Below are positions 48,580 to 61,357 of a stretch of 64,000 bases of DNA, in pieces. Source of the stretch: Podarcis bocagei (taxonomy: Eukaryota). The stretch lies in NCBI GenBank assembly GCA_964188305.1, contig OZ076892.1, one strand, 5' to 3'. Each line of letters starts with the position of its first letter. The first letter of the stretch is position 1. The notes beneath the pieces are model-generated. The model was not told where the DNA came from, ran no database searches, and was given only the letters and a program-made list of their open reading frames with translations. Position numbers and translations under genes: made by a program.

Positions 48580-51542
48580 TCCTCTGTAGAGTAGATCCAT
48601 TGAAATAAATGGATCTGAGTCATGTTCATTATCTTCAGTGGCTCTACTCTGAGTAGGAGTAGCATTAACTACACCCCTTCATGCCTGGCTCATTAAACTA
48701 CACCCCTGCCGTCTCCTGGCATTTGGCCCTCAATCCTGAGGGAAGGTGGCCCTCGGCATGAAAACATTGCCTACCCTTGCAGTAGACGATGACTAAGCAC
48801 TTTAGGAAAATCAAAGCATGAATCCTCCACAAGCAGATGGGAAAAGGTTTCTCTTTTATCGGGATTAAGGAGAGGCTGGGGCATGTCTGAGTCCCATTGC
48901 AAAATCAGGTATGTAGGTCAGGTGCCTCAGGACTTCAGTAGCTCTGTGGCTTCTAAAAATAGGCACCGCTGATGAAACAGACTTATTAATAAGTGCTTTA
49001 CAATTCTGTTTGCTCTCAGTGTGAGGTAGATTACTGATATTCCCATTTTACAGATGGGGTATTGGGTAGGAGGTTGTGATTTACCTGAGCCTCCCAGTGG
49101 CAGAGCTGGAATTTGGATCAAGGTCCAAAACAAAATGAAATAATGTCTTATTAATGAAGACTGACAATTCATTTTTCAATGGCACAATAAATGTTCATGC
49201 TAATATGTTGCATAGTGACTACTAACAATAAATTATCTTAGTAGCATGAATTGCACCTTGGGACCTATGAAGTACAAAGTTAGGCTGGCCAACTGAACAC
49301 TATGTTGCTGGCTCTGGTTAGCAGCTCATAAACTGAACATGCTGGGAACTGAACCTGAGACCTTCTGCATGTAAACCACATGTAGCACGGAGCAAAAGAA
49401 CCTTAAACATCCAGCTTTCTCTTGTCATTCCATGGGCTTGTGTGGGTTTTCAGCTTGGGCAGATCATACCCTAATAGGAAGAAGAAAGCAACAGGATTCT
49501 CATGAAATGAACTCTCTTAAAGTGGAGCTTTATTTGCAGGGTTTCTTCCTGCCTTTACATGCCAAAGTGGAGTACTTAAGGCTGTCAAACATGAAATAAA
49601 ACCACACCTCTACTCGTAACCAAAAACAGCATCATAATTCCAAAGGGAGGAAACTATAGATGGGTAGCCCTGTCGGAATCCTACCTAGCAGTCGTCACAT
49701 GAGAGCAGAACAGCATCCAGGGTGGTAGTGTTGGATGTTAGAAGAAAGAAGACACCTCTATGTGGCAGGGAGGAAGAAAATGGCTTTACATTAATCAGCC
49801 ATTGGTAGGTGATCTAGCCAGGTGTTGGCCCTTTTGACTGGCAGCTTCCTAAGCTCTGGGGTAGAGGAAGGGTGGTGGTAAAAGTGTCAGATATGGTTAG
49901 ACACCCACCACTGCCATGAGCCCCCCCCCCACCATTGTAACCAGCTTTTTAACCTGCCTCCTGCTTGCCCTAACCCAGAAGGGATGTGCAAGCAAACAGG
50001 AGTGATGGCGAGGAAGAGGAGCTGCCAATACTTGCTCGCTCATTGATTCTGGCAAGCCAGCAAGCAGATTAAAAGCATGTATGCGGCAGATACCACAATG
50101 GCGAGGGGTGGTGGAGGGATCCTTCCCAAGGGCCTTCCAAAACCTGGAGCCAGCACTGGGCACTGAAAGCTGGCTTATACCAAGCTGGGCCATTGAGTTC
50201 AGTGTTGTCTACACAGTGGCCATCCAGATGTTTCAAGGATGTTGGGGATGGTTGATAAACTCTGGAAGGCTGCAGGCTTCCTAGCCTTGGTCAACACTGA
50301 CTAGTAGCAATCTCCAGAGTTTCAGAAGGGACATTCTCAACCCTACCTGGAGATGGGATCTTCTGCATGCAAAACAGGTAGTCTACCACTGAGATATAAT
50401 TCATTTTCTCAGTCCAGGTACCTGCCTTCCTAAAGTTTAACTGGACACACCAGTGAGGATTGAACCTGGGAACTTTTTGTGTGCCAAACCTATGCTCTAC
50501 AAGGTAGTCTTTGAACCTCTTTTGTTTTGACTTCAAAGTGTAACCAGACCAGAAGCCCATTTTTAAAAATCTAGCACAGATCTTCCTTATAATACTACCC
50601 CAAACATACTGCATGTGTAGGCATATACACATAAACAAAGAAAGCCTAGTTCAAAGTCTTCCTCTAACATCTTGAATGATTTTTCAGAAAGCATTGTTAC
50701 TTATTTTCAGACAGCAGTGTTATTTATTTTGGACACATGTGTGAGTAAAACTTCATGCATTTTTCATATCGCCTTGCATAAAGGGTGACGGGGAGGTGGG
50801 TTCGTGCCTGGGTTAGTAAATTATTGTGTCAGTTTGGCTGAGGCTGCTCTAATCCCATCTCTGCCAATGAGCTCTTCTGCTTTTGAAAAGGGATCCTTGC
50901 TCTCCCTCTGTTGCCATGGTAAGAGATGTGTGTTGCTAGGAGAAGAGCAGTCGCCTCCTCCCTCTGTTGTCATGGCAGAAAATCACAGAACCCCTTCTGT
51001 TACCCTGACGATAGCCTCCATCACCCTGGCAACTGTCTCCCTATCCTTTTTTTCTTCCTGACTCTGTTGCTACAGTAACAATTCCTTTTTCCCTATCTTT
51101 GGTCACAAGTTCATCTCTTTATGCTTCTGCAGAGCTGCTGCTTCCCACCCAGTTACCAATGTTAGATCCCCCACCTTCCAATATGGTTGCTATGGTAATA
51201 TTCCCTCCCTCAACCTTCATTTTCATCACCTTACATGTGGCTATAATCCCCATCAGCCCTCATCATAGACAGATGTGATTAAAAAGAACCTTTTGCAGGG
51301 ATGGGAAGCCTTTTTTATCATTGATTTATTTGATTTACTGATATCTCACCTTTCCTCCAAGGAACTCAAAGTGGTATGCATGATTTCTCCCAGTCCCCAT
51401 TTTATCCTTACAACAAACCTGTGAGGTAGGTTAGGCTGAAAGTGAGTGACTGTTCCAATATCACGCAACAAGCTTCATGGCTGAGTGGGGATCCAAACTC
51501 TGCCCCCCCCCCGGATCACAGTTCAAGACTTTTAACCACTAT

Positions 51543-51677
51543 CAAGGTTTCCCAAACTTGAGTCTCCAGCTCTTTGGGCTACAATTCCTATCATCCATGA
51601 CCACTGGTCCTGCTAGCTAGGGATGATGGGACTTGTAGTCCCCAAAACAGCTGGAGACCCAAGTTTGAGAAACCCTG
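51543..51677. mobile_element. Palindromic hAT-type MITE
   Basis: CAAGGTTTCCCAAACTTGAGTCTCCAGCT...AGCTGGAGACCCAAGTTTGAGAAACCCTG. Confidence 0.8.
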
Positions 51678-52571
51678 CACATCAAAGCTGTGGCCCTCCA
51701 GATGTTTTTGGATGACAGCTCCCCTCATTCCTAGCTATTGGCCATGTTGGCTGGGATTGATGGGACTTCAGTGACTCCCAGAGGGCCACAGGTTCCTCAT
51801 CCCTGGCTTAGCATATTGTTATGAGCTTTTCATATCCACTCAAGTGCCAAAATGCTGGGAAATCACAGGTTTTAAGGGCCACAGCCTTAACAGGCACATT
51901 ATTTAGACAATATTGGCAAGGTTCCCTATCCTGCGATTTGTTCCAGCTTCACCTCTTCTGCATGCCTGTCCATGGCACAGTTGGACCGAGCCCAGATTTG
52001 CTTGTTCATCGGAACAGACAAATGGAGTCCATGCAACTGAAGCCATCGTTCAACAGGAGGTGCCATTCTATGTTACAAATAGCCAACTGGCAACCAATAC
52101 CATCTGTAGACAATGATAAAGAGTTTAAGGGAGTCCTGAAGCTCACCCAGCCCACCCCCTGCTCAGAGCAGGATACTGTGGTCACAGTGAATCCTTCCTT
52201 TGCAAAGGGTATTAGCTTCTCTCCCCCCCCCCCCATTAATGCATCTGAGAGGAGAGCCGGTGTGGATTGATGGTTAGCGTGTCAGGCTAGGACTTGGGAG
52301 ATCAGGGTTCAAATCCCCACTCAGCCATGAGGCTCCTTGGGTGACCTTGGGGCAGTGGAACTATGTGCATCACCTTGAGCCTAAGTACATCAGAACAGCG
52401 GGCTGGATCAAGCCAAAGGAGGCCCACCTTGGCCAGCATCCTGTTCTCACAGAGCTCAATGGGAAGCCGCAAGCAGGACCCAAGTACAAGAGCTCTCTTC
52501 ACCCTCCAGCACCCTTGGCTTCATTTACTGCCTCCTCTGAGAAAAAGGTGGGATTTTAAAAATGCAATAAA

Positions 52572-52698
52572 CAAGGGTTTTGCAAACTTGTATCTCCAGC
52601 TGTTTTTGGACTGCAAGTCCTACCATCCTCACATAGCAGGGCCTGTGGTCAGGGATTATGGGAATTGTAGTCTTGAGACCCAAGTTGTGGAACTCTTG
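52572..52698. mobile_element. Palindromic hAT-type MITE abutting the TRIT1 CpG island
   Basis: Same family, more diverged. Contains TGGGAATTGTAGT at 52659-52671. Confidence 0.65.
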
Positions 52699-52719
52699 AA
52701 ATAAACAGCCCGTTAGCCT

Positions 52720-53470
52720 CGACCACACAAGAAGACGCTTGTGCTGCTGCAGGCTATCAGAGAAGCGGCGCCCTGGACGCTGGGAATGTGCAGAGTATTA
52801 TTATTATTTTTGCAAAAGGAGGGCCCGTTTTTGCTGCTTTACGGAGGGCGACGCACATGCGCGGCCCTCCAGATCTTCCTGCTCCCCTCGGCAGGACCAG
52901 CGGCGATGGCCATGGATGCTCTCTGCCCGCGCTGGGCCGGCTTGCCGCGAGGGAGGCGGGCACGGCGAAGGCACAGGCAGCAGCTGGTTGGGGCCCGGCA
53001 GGCGGGCGTCCCGGCCCCCTCGGCCGCGGCCCCGCCTCCTCGCGGCCTGCTTCTTCCTCCTCCTCCTCCGGCTACCGCAAAGCGGCCGAGGCCTTGCAGC
53101 GCATGGCGAGTTAGCCGCCCGCCTCGCTCGCCCGCCAGCCACAATGGCGTCTGCCGCGCGGCCGCTGCCCCTGGTGGTGATCCTGGGCGCGACGGGCACC
53201 GGCAAATCCCGCCTGGCGCTGCAGCTGGGCCGCCGCCTCGGCGGGGAGATCATCAGCGCCGACTCCATGCAGGTAGGGAGGGAGGGAGGCAGGCAGGCAA
53301 CAGAGGGAAGGAGACCCCGTCCCTGCCTGGTACTAATTGGGAGGCGAGGGGATCAGCAAGCGCGTGCAGAGCTCATTGCTCGCAACAGCCGGGCCAGCCC
53401 AGGGCCAGCAAGAAGGAAGCGCCTCTGGTGGCAAGGGAAGAGGGGAGGCAGGGCTTAGCCTCGGAACCTC
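52720..53470 (+). promoter_or_regulatory. TRIT1: TRIT1 CpG island / promoter
   Basis: CpG- and GC-rich stretch overlapping exon 1. Confidence 0.75.
53144..53272 (+). CDS. TRIT1: tRNA dimethylallyltransferase exon 1
   Basis: [43 protein letters not shown] (MiaA/IPT P-loop and DSMQ motif). Donor CAG|GTAGGG. Exact start codon uncertain. Confidence 0.9.
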
Positions 53471-53593
53471 TTTTCTGTGCCAGGACTCAACCCTGGGTCA
53501 GCAGCATTGCGATCCTTGGATGAAGGGATGTTATGACAGATAGATAGATAGATAAATTCTAATCTATCTATCTATCTATCTGTCAGTCATGTA

Positions 53594-53819
53594 CAGCGGT
53601 ACCTCAGGTTACATACACTTCAGGTTGCAGACTCCGCTAACCCAGAAATAGTGCTTCAGGTTAAGAACTTTGCTTCAGGATAAGAACAGAAATCGTGCCC
53701 CTGCGGCGCAGCAGCAGCAGGAGGCCCCATTAGCTAAAGTGGTGCTTCAGGTTAAGAACAGTTTCAGGTTAAGAACGGACCTCCTGAACGAATTAAGTAC
53801 TTAACCCGAGGTACCACTG
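53594..53819. mobile_element. Tigger-like MITE
   Basis: TA|CAGCGGTACCTCAGGTTA...TAACCCGAGGTACCACTG|TA, internal repeated TTCAGGTTAAGAAC. Confidence 0.85.
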
Positions 53820-54990
53820 TATAGTAATGGAGAGAGTGCTTCTGAGCATGCATGGAATGTGAAGGCCTGCACTGGCTCCTAATGCCAAGCATCACCTGCA
53901 GATTAAGTTGGGCTGAAGAGGTAAAGAGTTGTCATAGTAGGGAATTTGGGGCACTGGTGACCTTTGCCCCCAGTATCACATGCCAACAGGGCACAAACCT
54001 GCCCGGGCTCTGAGATTTTTGCGGGAGGCCCTTCTCCCAGTCTTGTTTGGTGGGGAAAGATCCTTCTCAGTGGCTGCTCAGTGACTTTGAAACTACCTTC
54101 CTACAAAAGTTAGACTGACTGTGTTGATTAAGAGCCACTTCCAATCAACCAGGGGTCTGGCACCTTCGTTATACAGCTTCCAAAGGATGCTGAAGACACA
54201 CCTCTTTACTCTGGCTTTTGACATACCAGCTGGTGAGCCTTAGGGCTGGGCTGTGGATTTGTGCAAGAGTGGACTAAGACAGTAAACTCTTCTTCAGTTC
54301 TTTGCACTTCCATAGTTTTGCCTTCTCCTTTTACATTTATGTCTGTCAATAATGGGGTCAGGGGGAAGGTTCTCCATCCCTACCTTGTACATGATGTCGT
54401 CTATAAGCTGGAACATCTGGTAACATGGTCAGGTGAAATTTGCATATCTGCAAACTTGAAAATGTCAAAATTAATCTCTCTGCTAATTTATAATTTCTGT
54501 TAGACAGTTTTTGTCCACTGAGATAGAGACTGTAACCATGAACCTTCTTCAGGCATTGCAGTTAGGGCAGAGTAAACATGGGGGGGCAGTAAGGCTCAGC
54601 ACACTAGCTCTGCCCCGATCACTATTCTATTGTCTTCCAACTCCCTATGCTCTCATCTGCACACACACACACACAAAAAAACCCTCCATGACCCTGATAC
54701 TCCCCCTGTGCCCGCCAAACTTGCTGTTGAGTTTTCTTTACAGGTGATGCAGAAAATGATAAAGTCCTCACTCACTCCACACAAATAACAAAAACACAGT
54801 CACTATTGGTCAATTTTTAATGATGCTGGGGTTTTTAATGGCAAAAAATGGAAATTGGGCACAAGGAAAAGGAAACATGACACATGTACACCTCTTGAAA
54901 AAAATTGGCTCATAGTTTGTTAGAAGACGGTCATGCAATGGCAGAGAGGCAGGTGTTAGTGGAGGAGAAGCAAAGCCAGGATAGGTCAGG

Positions 54991-55323
54991 AAAGGTAAAG
55001 GGGCCCCTAACCATTAGGTCCAGTCGTGACCGACTCTGGGGTTGCGGCGCTCATCTTGCTTTATTGGCCGAGGGAGCCGGCGTACAGCTTCCGAGTCATG
55101 TGGCCAGCATGACAAAGCCGCTTCTGGCGAACCAGAGCAGCGCACAGAAACGCCGTTTACCTTCCCACCGGAGCGGTACCTATTTATCTACTTGCACTTT
55201 GACGTGCTTTCGAACTGCTAGGTTGGCAGGAACAGGGACTGAGCAATGGGAGCTCACCCCGTCGTGGGGATTCGAACCGCCGACCTTCTGATCGGCAAGT
55301 CCTAGGCTCTGTGGTTTAACCCA
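54991..55323 (-). mobile_element. Sauria SINE (slightly 5' truncated)
   Basis: Near-identical to the 36016 and 48224 copies. Confidence 0.9.
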
Positions 55324-57579
55324 AAGAGAAGAGAGCTAAATCTGCTTTAAGTTTTCTTCCTCTGATTTACTTTGTTTTGCTCTGATAATGTGTTCACGTC
55401 CTGTAAATTGCAGAAACCATCCTGTATGCTAGCCATATCTGCCCCAGGAGCCTCAAAGTTACGCAGCAGAGCACAAGCCTGCCCCACACAAAGGAGGCCT
55501 CATCCTGTTCTCAGCTCTGACACAGGCACCCTTTGCACATCATGTGCTTGGCTGGGTTTCCTGTGGAGGCTCCTTCTGACTTGCATTTTTCTCCGGGGAC
55601 CTCTCAGAGCAGCCCTGGCAGATGCTGCCCGTTGTGCCCTGCCAGTGGCACCAGAGCCTTTTGTGCAAGGCCGGTATCAGGGACTACAGCACTAAAGAGA
55701 TCTGTGTTGGTGAGAATGAATGCTGGGGCAAAGGCCTGTCGGTGGGACAATGGCGCTCTTTGGAAGAACTGCCTTGGTGGGTGTGGCAGAGAGCTGGCTG
55801 GCTTGTCCTTGCCAACTTCTCTTTCAGCCAGGGTAGATGGGGAGGGAAGGGGTCACGAACACGACAACAGTGATGAAACAGGAGCAGCTGTTCCCCAAAA
55901 TCTTTTGTAACTTATCAATGAATCCCTTTCCCCTCCCCTGATTTACTTGCCTAACATAAATTGCAAGCTCTATGAACACGATGGGGCTGCCCCAGTGCGG
56001 TGCCCAGTGCTCTATAACTGGGGGCTACTTAAATCTCATGCAGTTTCCTCCCTTCTGTCCTAGGGAGTCTCTTGTAGCTGAACTCCTTCTTCAGGCTAAA
56101 TACTGGTTAACAACTGTGTTTTAGCTGATAAAAGGGGGGAGCTCAAAATGTACACAGAGTTGTGCCAATCTTGGACATAGTCTGGATCCAGAACGAGCAT
56201 AATAAAACTGTCTCTTCAATAGAGATGGAAGGTTCTGTCAATGTTGGTCCTCTCAATTTCTCTTTATTCCAGTCATGAATTCAGTTCTCCACATTGCTGC
56301 ACCAATTTGTGAAAGTCTTGGGTATTTTAGTGTGGATTTCTTGGAATAAACACAAAACCTCCTAATGCAGTGCATTTTTCCCCACAGATATATCCATTTT
56401 TATGCACTTTCCCCTAGTACATGCATGCACTACATGCATTTTTGTAAACATTCTTTAGTGAACTACATTGCAAAATTGGGATAAGAGCAAATTTTGATGG
56501 AGGGCTGCATTTTGGTTCTCGTGTTGTTTTGGAAAGTGAAAATTTGCTGGATTCAGCTTCAAATGCAAACTGAATGGCATTTATCCCCCACCCTCTACAT
56601 CTCCAGCATCATTCCTCCCCCTCCCACATTGTCCTCTTATTGCTGATGTTTGGGAGCTCAAACTCCCGGCTGCCTTGGGCACGAAATGCCTACTGGCTTG
56701 CCCTGATGACATGCACAAATAGCGGCTTAAAAGTAAGCCTGCCTTATTAGGTTCTATTATAAGGGCCTCTAATCTGCTGCGAGAATGTAAAGCCTTTTCC
56801 GAAAGGGGCTGTCTGGCCAGCCCTCTGAAGTGGCTCTCCCTTTCTTTGCTCTGCTGTGCCTGGCTGCCCAGAGGTGCCTTCCTGCTTGCCTTTGCCTTCC
56901 TCCGTTCCTCTCCCTGCTCACTGTACCTGTTTGATCACCACAGTGAGAGTGGGTAGGACACCAAGCTCTCTGACAGACCCTGACCCACAATGGCACTCCC
57001 AAGCTCAGATAAGCACAACTTAGTTGTGGTTCCTTAATGGTGAGGGACTCTACATGCTCAGGATCGCCATGTTTGTGTTTGCTGTGTTCTGAGGCTTGCG
57101 ACTATTTCTAGGGCACACCCTCAGACATTGTAGGGGAGAATACCAGGTCTCGGTTAATTGCACCAGAAAGAGATTGTGAAAACAATTGTGGGTTTGGGGT
57201 ACCTGCCTGCTCTCTGTGTGGCTTGTGGCTCTGTCTGCAGACTCAACTCCAGATCGAACACAAGGGCACATGCCTCTTTTTCTGGGTCTGCCCCACCAAG
57301 CACCCAAGAAGATGCTGTTTTCACATGGTCAGAGGGAGAAAAGGAGAGCCGTGTTGCCCGAACGGTGAACTTTGGGTTTTAAGCAGAGCAGGCTGACCCG
57401 GGCAAGCTGTGCTGTGTTGAAGCACTGGGTCATTAGGGCACATGTAAACTCATTGTGAGCAGCAGTGCCAAGTCTTGCAGCTTGTGCTATGATTGTCTCC
57501 AGTGTTGGTGCATCCCCCACTTGTGATGTCAAGAGACCCCCGCAGACAAAGATTTGACAGAGGAAATGTGGCTTCAAGC

Positions 57580-58340
57580 ATTTCATAGTTTCTAGTGAGT
57601 CAAACCTCCTACAGTACAGGATTCACAACAAAAGCATCCCTGACAGATGGCCATCCAACCCTCCAGTGAAGGATCGTCCACCAACTTCTGAGGGAGTCAG
57701 TTCCATTGCTGGACAGCGCTTACTGTCGGAAAGTTCTTAATGCTTAGGAAGGGATCTCCTTTCTTGTGATTTGAATCCGTGGGTTCAGGGCCTACCCTCT
57801 GGAGCAGCAGAAAACAAGCTTGGTTCTTTCTTCCTCTCTGGTTTCTCAGCCTGCAGAGCTTCCCTGCCTGCTTGCAAACAGCTCAGACCCCAGCCAGTGT
57901 GCCCCATGGCCAGCGATGATGGGAGTTGGAGTCTAACAACATCTGGAGGGACCCAGGGGTTGCTCACCCCAGGATTAGACCATAGGTGATGATTTTTCTC
58001 TTGGCACTTCCTGCCGCTTTGCCTTCCTTTCTTGCCACCCCAGGTGCCTCCAGACCGTTTTCCCCATTTTACGGCCCAGTGTCATCTTCTCTGACTGCCA
58101 GTAGCCCTCAAGGGTCTTGGGCATAAGAACACAAGAAGTTCCTGGCTGCTGGATCAAGGCAAAGGGAGCTCCTCTAGTCCAGCATCCTGTTTGCATGGTG
58201 GCCAGCTAGATGACTGCAGCTGTGCTTTCCACACTTCTGACTCCCAGCAGCTGGTATACAGAGAGATACTGCCTCCAACAGTGAAGATGCAACATTGCTA
58301 TCATGGCTTGCAGCTGTTGGGAGGTCCATTGCCTATCACT
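57580..58340 (-). mobile_element. CR1-type LINE 3' fragments mixed with a MITE remnant
   Basis: ...catccctgacagatggccatccaacc...ttccattgctggacagcgcttactgtcggaaagttc... and cataagaacacaagaag...ctggatcaagg, typical inverted CR1 3' ends. Similar pieces near 52385, 60700-60867 and 63495. Confidence 0.55.
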
Positions 58341-58425
58341 TATTATTATTTTATTTTAGAGGTATAGGCAAGTGACCTGCTGCCACCTTCTGTAAGTGTG
58401 TGCTGTGCTCCCCTAGGAACCCAGC

Positions 58426-58495
58426 CCTTCCTTCCTTCCCTCCTTCCTTCCTTCCTTCCTTCCTTCCTTCCTTCCTTCCTTCCTTCCTTCCTTCC
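58426..58495. repeat. (CCTT)n microsatellite
   Basis: Direct reading. Confidence 0.95.
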
Positions 58496-59364
58496 AGTGG
58501 ACCACAGTCCATCCTGTCCAGGAGCATCAGGAACCAGCCCAAAGACCCCAAAGTCTTACTCACACATGAAGTCTGGTTCACAACCTGCATCTGGGCTGTC
58601 CCACTTCAGATTTCACATGAAGAAATGCTTCTCTGTAGGTACATGCAGGTTAACCCCCCCTGCAACACACACCTCCCCATCCATCAACCTCCAACTCCAC
58701 GCACCTGCCCACAGAGACACAGCAAGTCAGGGTGCTGGCTTGGCTCACTTCCTTCTTCCTGACATGCTAGTTTCCTGTGAAATGGATGTTTTGTATTGGG
58801 GAGCCTTCAGCCCTGGGTGACCTGCAGCTCTGCAGTGGGATGGTCCAAACAGCAGCTGACTGCCCCTTCTGTGAGAACTGTGTAACATGCCCCCATGTAT
58901 AACACGCCCCCTATTCTGAGGAATTTAAAATTAAGAAAATGGGCGGGAGATTCCCCAGAATTGCTGAGCTTTTTTATAGAGCCTTTTTTTTGGGGGGGCA
59001 GAGCAAATCACCCGTCCGAAAACCAATCAACACCAGCCCTTGCCACAGCCACCAATAACAATCTCCAACTCGCGGCAGCAACCAATCCCACGTCCCCACA
59101 ATGCACTACCCATGTATATTTTGAACATGATTTTTGAATAAAAATAAAATAGTCTTATACACAGAAAAGTACGGTAATCAATTTTTTAAACTTACTAGTC
59201 ACTTCTTTTTTCTTTTCTTTCCAAACAAAAGCAGCTTACAATAAGCAAGCAAACATATGCATTGAAACCAGTATAAAACAAAATGGGGGGATCTTATTTT
59301 ATCTATAAAACTAAGCCCAAAGTGAGTGTGAAAGTCTGCCTGTCTCTTTATCTCCCTCTCTCAG

Positions 59365-59505
59365 GTGTATCAAGGCCTGGACATCATCACCAACAAAGCC
59401 TCTCCTCAGGAGCAGCGGCTGTGCAGGCATCACATGATCAGCTTTGTGGACCCCTTGGTCACCAACTACACCGTGATAGACTTCCGCAACAAGGCCACGG
59501 CCCTC
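59365..59505 (+). CDS. TRIT1: TRIT1 exon 2
   Basis: Acceptor ctctctc[49 protein letters not shown], 141 nt. Followed by U12 donor ATATCCTTT. Confidence 0.95.
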
Positions 59506-61258
59506 ATATCCTTTCACAGGGAGTGTGTCTTTCTGGGGTGTAGTACAGGACAGCGACTAGGCGGTATCATTTGCCTTTGAGCAGGCAAGCGGAATTGGGG
59601 AATGATGAGATGGTGAGGGGCTGATAATGGATGTAAGAGAACGAAAAGGAAAAAGCTGGAAAATGCTCATTTCCAGCTGAGATGGGCAGCAAATAGTCTG
59701 TGCCCTTCCTGGTGGATTCTTGTTAAGATTCTGTGAATCAGGGAAGTCAGCAGAGGAGGCAGAAATGCCTTTGATGAACCATTTGTGGCCGGAAGCAGGA
59801 TCTAGTAGGAAGGAGGTTATAGAAAGATCTAACATCAGTATATAGTGTCTGGTACAAATTGAAAAGTGAACTAAGTCACGCTAAGTCACCACTGACCTTG
59901 ATCTTTTATAATGCAATACCAAGAGATCATGAGTCATGCTTTGTTTCTGGTCTAGACCAGCTGAGAAATTATGGAGAGATAATGCCAAAATTACATGACC
60001 AGGAAGTTCTGGGAGATGAAATCTGCATATTCTAATACTTACAAATAAAAAATAACACTAATTAAGAAACACTAATTAAGCACTTAAAAAAGAAGTTTGG
60101 AAAATGACAGAAGCATTTAATGCATGCCTTTAGTAGTAGAGGAATCTCAGTCGGATGGCATGAAATATTATTAAATCTAGACCAGACTGACTTTAAATTT
60201 GAAGAAGGATGGCAAGAATGATTCAGTTACTAAGAAGGAATGGACCTGGTTATATAAGAAGAATGCAAAAAAAAAAGTTATCTCAATCACATTGAAGGAA
60301 AATGCCCACGAAATGCCCTTCAGATGATATCTTGTACCTGCTTTCCTGAAGAAGTAGAGTTTACAAGACCATAATTGTGGAAGATTGTGAAATATGGGAG
60401 CAGGTATTATACATGTATTTTGGACCTGCTCCAAGGTTAGAACTCTTTGGCAGGAAATATTGGAGATAACAGAGGAAATTAAGAGTCTATAAAGTAAGCT
60501 AGGGTGGTCTGTTTGAAAGAAATAATGGATGGAAGTAGATTTAGAACTTACAGTAGCCTTCTTGACTGCAGTTAGATTGGTGATTTTAAAATAAATGGAA
60601 ATCTGAGAGCACACAGTTGTGCTGTGCACTTCCAGCTTCAACTGCCTGTTGTTCTTGTCCCAGTCTTGCTGATGGTACAGACTCTGCTCTGCCTGCCCTG
60701 TTCTGAATGCCACTTGTTGGGAAAACACAGGAGGGGAGAGGGCTCTTGTGCTCAGGTCCTGCTTTGGGTACTTCCCATTGGGGCATCTGATTGGCCGCCA
60801 TGAGAGCAGGATACAGGACTAGGTGGGCCATTGACCTGATCCCACAGGGCTCTTCTTATCTTCTTAGGCCCATGCAAAAGCACCATCATTTTTAGAGATG
60901 CAGAGGCTGACACAAGGGTGCCAGCAAGTACCATGAGCAGCTGAGGACGACGAAGGCAGCTGCACTGAATGCGGGGAGAATAGAGAGGCTCACTGGCCTG
61001 TGTGATGAGGAGAGGGCTCAAGAGACAAAGTGTGACTTTAGTTGTCAGGAATCTGCCATGCTCTGCTGCAAGGAATGTTCAATGCCTGCAGCTCAGAGAT
61101 ACAGCGTAGCTCATAGCCTCTGCTCCCAGGGCGGCCCTTGAGGGCAAGGCAAATTGCCCAATTGTCCTCAGGGCTGCCTTTTTTCCTTGTTAAATGCAGC
61201 ACTTGTTTTTCCTGGGGTTGTTCCTTGCCATTCTCGCTTGTAATCCTCAATGGCCTAC
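59506..61258 (+). other. TRIT1: U12-type (minor spliceosome) AT-AC intron of TRIT1
   Basis: 5'ss ATATCCTTT at 59506, branch-like ATCCTCAAT at 61243-61251, 3'ss tggcctAC| at 61257-61258. Splicing gives in-frame ATAL|IEDIF. Confidence 0.92.
59780..60610 (+). mobile_element. Degenerate L1-clade ORF2 fragment
   Basis: A-rich. Reads ...IHVFWTCSKVRTLWQEI (CCHC region) near 60410-60460. Confidence 0.6.
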
Positions 61259-61357
61259 ATTGAAGACATCTTCGCTTGCAAGAAGATCCCCATTGTGGTT
61301 GGAGGGACCAACTATTACATCGAGTCCCTGCTCTGGAAGATTCTGATTGACACCAAG
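61259..61357 (+). CDS. TRIT1: TRIT1 exon 3
   Basis: [33 protein letters not shown] (GGTxxY motif), 99 nt, donor AAG|GTATCT. Not in the ORF track. Confidence 0.95.
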
